Made by a program: the position numbers and the translations under genes
The notes under the pieces: generated by a model
Database searches by the model: none
What the model saw: the letters and a program-made list of their open reading frames with translations, nothing else
What the model was told of the DNA's origin: nothing
Virus record (IMG/VR): IMGVR_UViG_3300032167_005167
Origin: an uncultured virus (IMG/VR IMGVR_UViG_3300032167_005167)
Lineage: Duplodnaviria > Heunggongvirae > Uroviricota > Caudoviricetes
DNA: 28,356 bases
Strand: one strand, 5' to 3'
Shown: positions 25,537-28,356 of the stretch, piece by piece
How the letters are laid out: each line of letters starts with the position of its first letter
Position numbering within the stretch: position 1 is the stretch's first letter

Positions 25537-25617
25537 ATGTGATGTATTTCTCACTTATGAGACAATTATATCACATGAATATGGAATGTCAATAGAAATG
25601 TGAGAAATAGATCACAT
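25537..25617 (-). promoter_or_regulatory. Consensus promoter with three palindromic operators
   Basis: Minus strand TTGACA-16-TATAAT (25592-25565). ATGTGA-N8-TCACAT-like boxes at 25537-25556, 25557-25576 and 25598-25617. Confidence 0.8.
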
Positions 25618-25654
25618 TTTCCAAGGGGGAATAACGGAAGGTGAGGATGGACGG

Positions 25655-25906
25655 ATGTGCTATGTGATTGCAATAAGCAAATGCTTGGAAGGGTGCATTG
25701 GTTTAAAGATGCAGCCGGGCAGAGAGCTGGTAGAGCTCAAAAAGGAGATCTATCGAAAAGTAGGGAATGAAAGTGTAGAACTGGTGACGATCAGCAGGCC
25801 AACTATATATGGTGAGTATGCCCCTTACAGGATCGTTGAGACAATCGAGGAATTCAAGCAAGCCGCTTTTCAGATTTCTTGCATGCAAAGCTCCGATTTT
25901 CCTTGA
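25655..25906 (+). CDS. Small hypothetical protein (DUF6718-like)
   Basis: MCYVIA...GC..LK...G.ELVELK...VELVTISRP..YGEYAPY; family recalled from motif, not verified. Confidence 0.6.
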   Translation: MCYVIAISKCLEGCIGLKMQPGRELVELKKEIYRKVGNESVELVTISRPTIYGEYAPYRIVETIEEFKQAAFQISCMQSSDFP

Positions 25907-25982
25907 CTGATTGACGAATAGGCGCGTATATGGTCGTACGCAACTGTATATTGAAAGTGTTGTGATGAAAGGAGGAACATGA

Positions 25983-26357
25983 GTGTCAACAGTGTATTAT
26001 GTCTGCACGAAAGAAGAACACGAACGATCCAAAGCGATCGCTGATTACATTGAGCAAATAAGGGGGACCCTGCACAGTTATCTGGATATCTCGCTTCCAC
26101 CTGAGCTGAAAGATGAACTCCAGATAACCGATGATTTGGAGAAAGCCGTATTGCCGATGTGTAGTAAACTGGAAGAGTATATCGGCTACGATCCGCAGGA
26201 GCGCCTATGCACCATTACCGGACGAGGAATCGTTTGGCATAATCAAGATGTCGATGAAGTAGCGATTCGAAGAAACGACAAACTCGTGGTCATTGATGAA
26301 TACGGGCAGGAAATGGAAAAAGATGAGTTTCTGATAGCAATAGGACGATTAATATAA
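25983..26357 (+). CDS. Hypothetical protein (124 aa)
   Basis: GTG start after RBS AAGGAGG. Confidence 0.7.
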   Translation: MSTVYYVCTKEEHERSKAIADYIEQIRGTLHSYLDISLPPELKDELQITDDLEKAVLPMCSKLEEYIGYDPQERLCTITGRGIVWHNQDVDEVAIRRNDKLVVIDEYGQEMEKDEFLIAIGRLI

Positions 26358-26433
26358 CTTGACTTCTGAGCCGTTTAGAGCGTATATGTTCATGCGCTGA
26401 TTACCAGCGACAAAACCGAAAGAGGTGCAGTGT

Positions 26434-26640
26434 ATGTATTACAAGGACATTGAGAAGCTCGTTGAGGGCAAGGAGCTGCCGGTGGGTGGCACTAATGCGG
26501 AAGGTGAAGCGGTTATTATCGAAGCCGGATGCCTTGATGGAGTTCGGTTCTTCCATGTGACTACCTCCCAGAACAACGATTGGGTACGGCATAATTACTA
26601 CTATGAAAACGGCGATAGTGAAGAACTCTTTGAGAAGTAA
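26434..26640 (+). CDS. Small acidic hypothetical protein (68 aa)
   Basis: ATG 26434 after AGAGGTG; followed by a terminator. Confidence 0.65.
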   Translation: MYYKDIEKLVEGKELPVGGTNAEGEAVIIEAGCLDGVRFFHVTTSQNNDWVRHNYYYENGDSEELFEK

Positions 26641-26665
26641 GAAGCATTAACAATCCATAAGCAAT

Positions 26666-26713
26666 AGAAGCTCAGAGACCTAAGAGAAAGGAGGCCTCTG
26701 AGCTTCTTTCTTT
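26666..26713 (+). terminator. Intrinsic terminator
   Basis: AGAAGCTCAGAG / CTCTGAGCTTCT 12-bp stem followed by TTCTTT. Confidence 0.8.
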
Positions 26714-26983
26714 GAAACGAATATGCAATAAACTACTGATTTATGGAGTATGTGTCATATGAGTCAAAAAAGCAGGTATAAATCACAGGTTTGTTGTGGT
26801 GATAAGAGCGAAGAAAACGATAATGGTGGGTAACGGATGTTTGTTTGATAGCGGTAATTTGGGCTATACATATAACAAATTGTGGGCTATAATAATATAG
26901 GGATGGTTATTTCGGAATACAAGAAGAATAAGAACGCGTGATATTGTGCTGAGTAGTGTTTTTGGGGGGGCAATGGAGGAAAT

Positions 26984-27322
26984 ATGAGCAGATCAGAGCG
27001 TGCGCGGATTAGGAATAAGCGAATTCCAGCGGACGACTATTTTACCAATGGAGTCTTTGAGGTTGCACGCTTTGGAAAAGACGTGATCTTAAGGAATAAT
27101 CGCACTCCGGAGCAACAACTTGAGCATATGGAGTATTTAGAAACACAATATACTGTTCAGTATGAAGCGCTGTTGCGAAAAATCAGAGAATTTCATTCTT
27201 CCGTTTTGCAGTGTGATCCGTTTAAGCTATTGAGGCATCAGGAAGTCGTTTGGAAACAATTCCAAAGAAGGTGTTGTTTGCAGTTTTGTATTCTGATGGG
27301 ACGCAGCGGAATGAAAAGGTAA
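26984..27322 (+). pseudogene. Probable N-terminal fragment of a larger protein
   Basis: Strong RBS GGAGG. The first ~83 aa look globular (DDYFTNGVFEVARFGK...CDPFKLL) and the tail looks spurious. Confidence 0.45.
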
Positions 27323-27642
27323 ACTACCTTAAGCCGGAGCAAGTGGTGATTTCCAGCACGAATATGGAGCACCTTCGTCTGGCGCGCAAGTATTCTGACC
27401 GTGTATTCCTCCATCACATCTTTTCGGATGAAATGTCGATCAGAGAACTGGCGCGGCTGAAGCCTGCCGGCGTTTCGCTCAACTATGCGGATCCGGATGC
27501 GTTTGATTCCCGGTGGGTGGATATTGTGCACGAATATGGCCTGAAGCTTTGTCTGCGTGTCGGAGATCATGCACAGCAGGTAGAGCGAATGAAAGCGCTG
27601 GAACTGGATTATATTCTGACCAACTGCTATAAACCGGAATAG
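27323..27642 (+). pseudogene. 3' part of a glycerophosphodiester phosphodiesterase (GDPD) gene lacking its N-terminal catalytic region
   Basis: QVVISS.N.EHL..AR...WVD.VHEYGLKL......V..M..L.LDYILTN is the GDPD C-terminal half; no HRG or E.D motifs upstream. Confidence 0.75.
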
Positions 27643-27669
27643 GATCAATAAAGAACAAAAGGGATATAT

Positions 27670-27705
27670 AAGACACTCTGCAGATTATTCTTGCAGAGTG
27701 TTTTT
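27670..27705 (+). terminator. Intrinsic terminator after the GDPD remnant
   Basis: AAGACACTCTGCA / TGCAGAGTGTTTTT. Confidence 0.8.
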
Positions 27706-27805
27706 GCTGAGGAAGAACGGGCAGAAAACAATGTCTCAATTTGCAGGAGGATGAATCTGAAACGGTGAATTATGACTGTTAGAATACATTTGTCATGAGG
27801 TGCCT

Positions 27806-28356
27806 ATGAAGATTCTGATTGTACGTCATGGAGAACCCGACTACAGTATTGACTCGCTGACGCCCAAGGGCTGGCGTGAGGCTGAGCTTCTGTCTCAGCG
27901 CTTGATCAAGCAGCCCGCCGACGCTTATTATGTATCTCCTCTGGGCAGAGCGCAGGATACCGCCAAGCCGACGCTTGAAAAGCTTGGCGCACAGGCCACT
28001 GTGCTGCCGTGGCTGCATGAGTTCAGCGCGAAGGTGATCAACCCGCGCACGGGTGAATCGATGATTCCCTGGAATCTTTCCCCGCAGTACTGGACGAAGC
28101 AGAGCGAACTTTATGATAAGGATGCATGGGTGAATAACGGCCTGTTCCGCACGGGCGATGTGGAAGAGGTTTATCGGGAAACGGTCAAGGGCATGGATGA
28201 GCTGCTGGAAACCTGGGGCTATGTGCGCGACGGCGCGATCTACCGCTGCGAAAAGAACACGGACGCCACGATCGTGCTTTTCTGTCATTTTGCGCTGGGC
28301 ATGGTGATTCTTTCGCATATGCTGGGCGTTTCGCCGTCGGTCATGTGGCAGGGCTT
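27806..28356 (+). CDS. Histidine phosphatase (phosphoglycerate mutase family), runs off the right edge; missing from the ORF track
   Basis: MKILIVRHGEPDYSIDSLTPKG...VSPLGRAQDTA...LHEF...LFCH; RBS GAGGTG. Confidence 0.92.
   Translation, partial: MKILIVRHGEPDYSIDSLTPKGWREAELLSQRLIKQPADAYYVSPLGRAQDTAKPTLEKLGAQATVLPWLHEFSAKVINPRTGESMIPWNLSPQYWTKQSELYDKDAWVNNGLFRTGDVEEVYRETVKGMDELLETWGYVRDGAIYRCEKNTDATIVLFCHFALGMVILSHMLGVSPSVMWQG

Larger units (their letters stand above)
9009..27325. mobile_element. Putative integrative element / genomic island (boundaries approximate; may be composite with the prophage)
   Basis: Serine and tyrosine recombinases, ParB-like genes, XRE regulators and many small hypothetical genes; the right end abuts a 5'-truncated host GDPD gene. 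Confidence 0.6.

Noticed and set aside
26714..26983. AT-rich intergenic stretch as an origin or ncRNA
   Set aside because: Only a short repeat (TGGGCTATA twice) and promoter-like TATAAT boxes are present; there is no iteron array or stable structure, so it is probably just a promoter region.
27779..28318. 179-aa minus-strand ORF
   Set aside because: It is the antisense shadow of the + strand histidine phosphatase (RHG motif, ATG 27806).
1..28356. CRISPR array, tRNA or rRNA genes
   Set aside because: No regularly spaced 23-47-nt repeats and no cloverleaf or rRNA signatures were found by eye in the intergenic regions.

Overview
This window looks like Bacillota (Clostridia-type) accessory DNA in three parts. 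(1) 1-8945 is the late end of a tailed prophage: an Rpn/PD-(D/E)XK gene with its own promoter and terminator, a 1857-aa tail spike, a carbohydrate-binding protein, a holin and an endolysin. (2) ~9009-27325 is a putative integrative element. It opens with a translationally coupled six-gene minus-strand operon: a catalytically dead resolvase, a large serine recombinase, two proteins paralogous to the recombinase C-terminal domain, and two ParB-fold proteins. Divergent paralogous XRE regulators follow, then cargo: two metallophosphoesterases, orphan antitoxin-like genes, a GNAT, a tyrosine recombinase, a SLOG protein and many small hypotheticals. (3) From ~27325 is host DNA: a 5'-truncated glycerophosphodiester phosphodiesterase and a histidine phosphatase. 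The best candidate for an undescribed system is at 18037-19423. A helical 213-aa protein is followed directly by a ~385-nt structured non-coding segment closed by a ~34-bp terminal stem, with a G-poor, 7-8-nt periodic core, and faced by a convergent HTH gene. All family assignments come from motif recognition by eye; no searches or folding programs were run.
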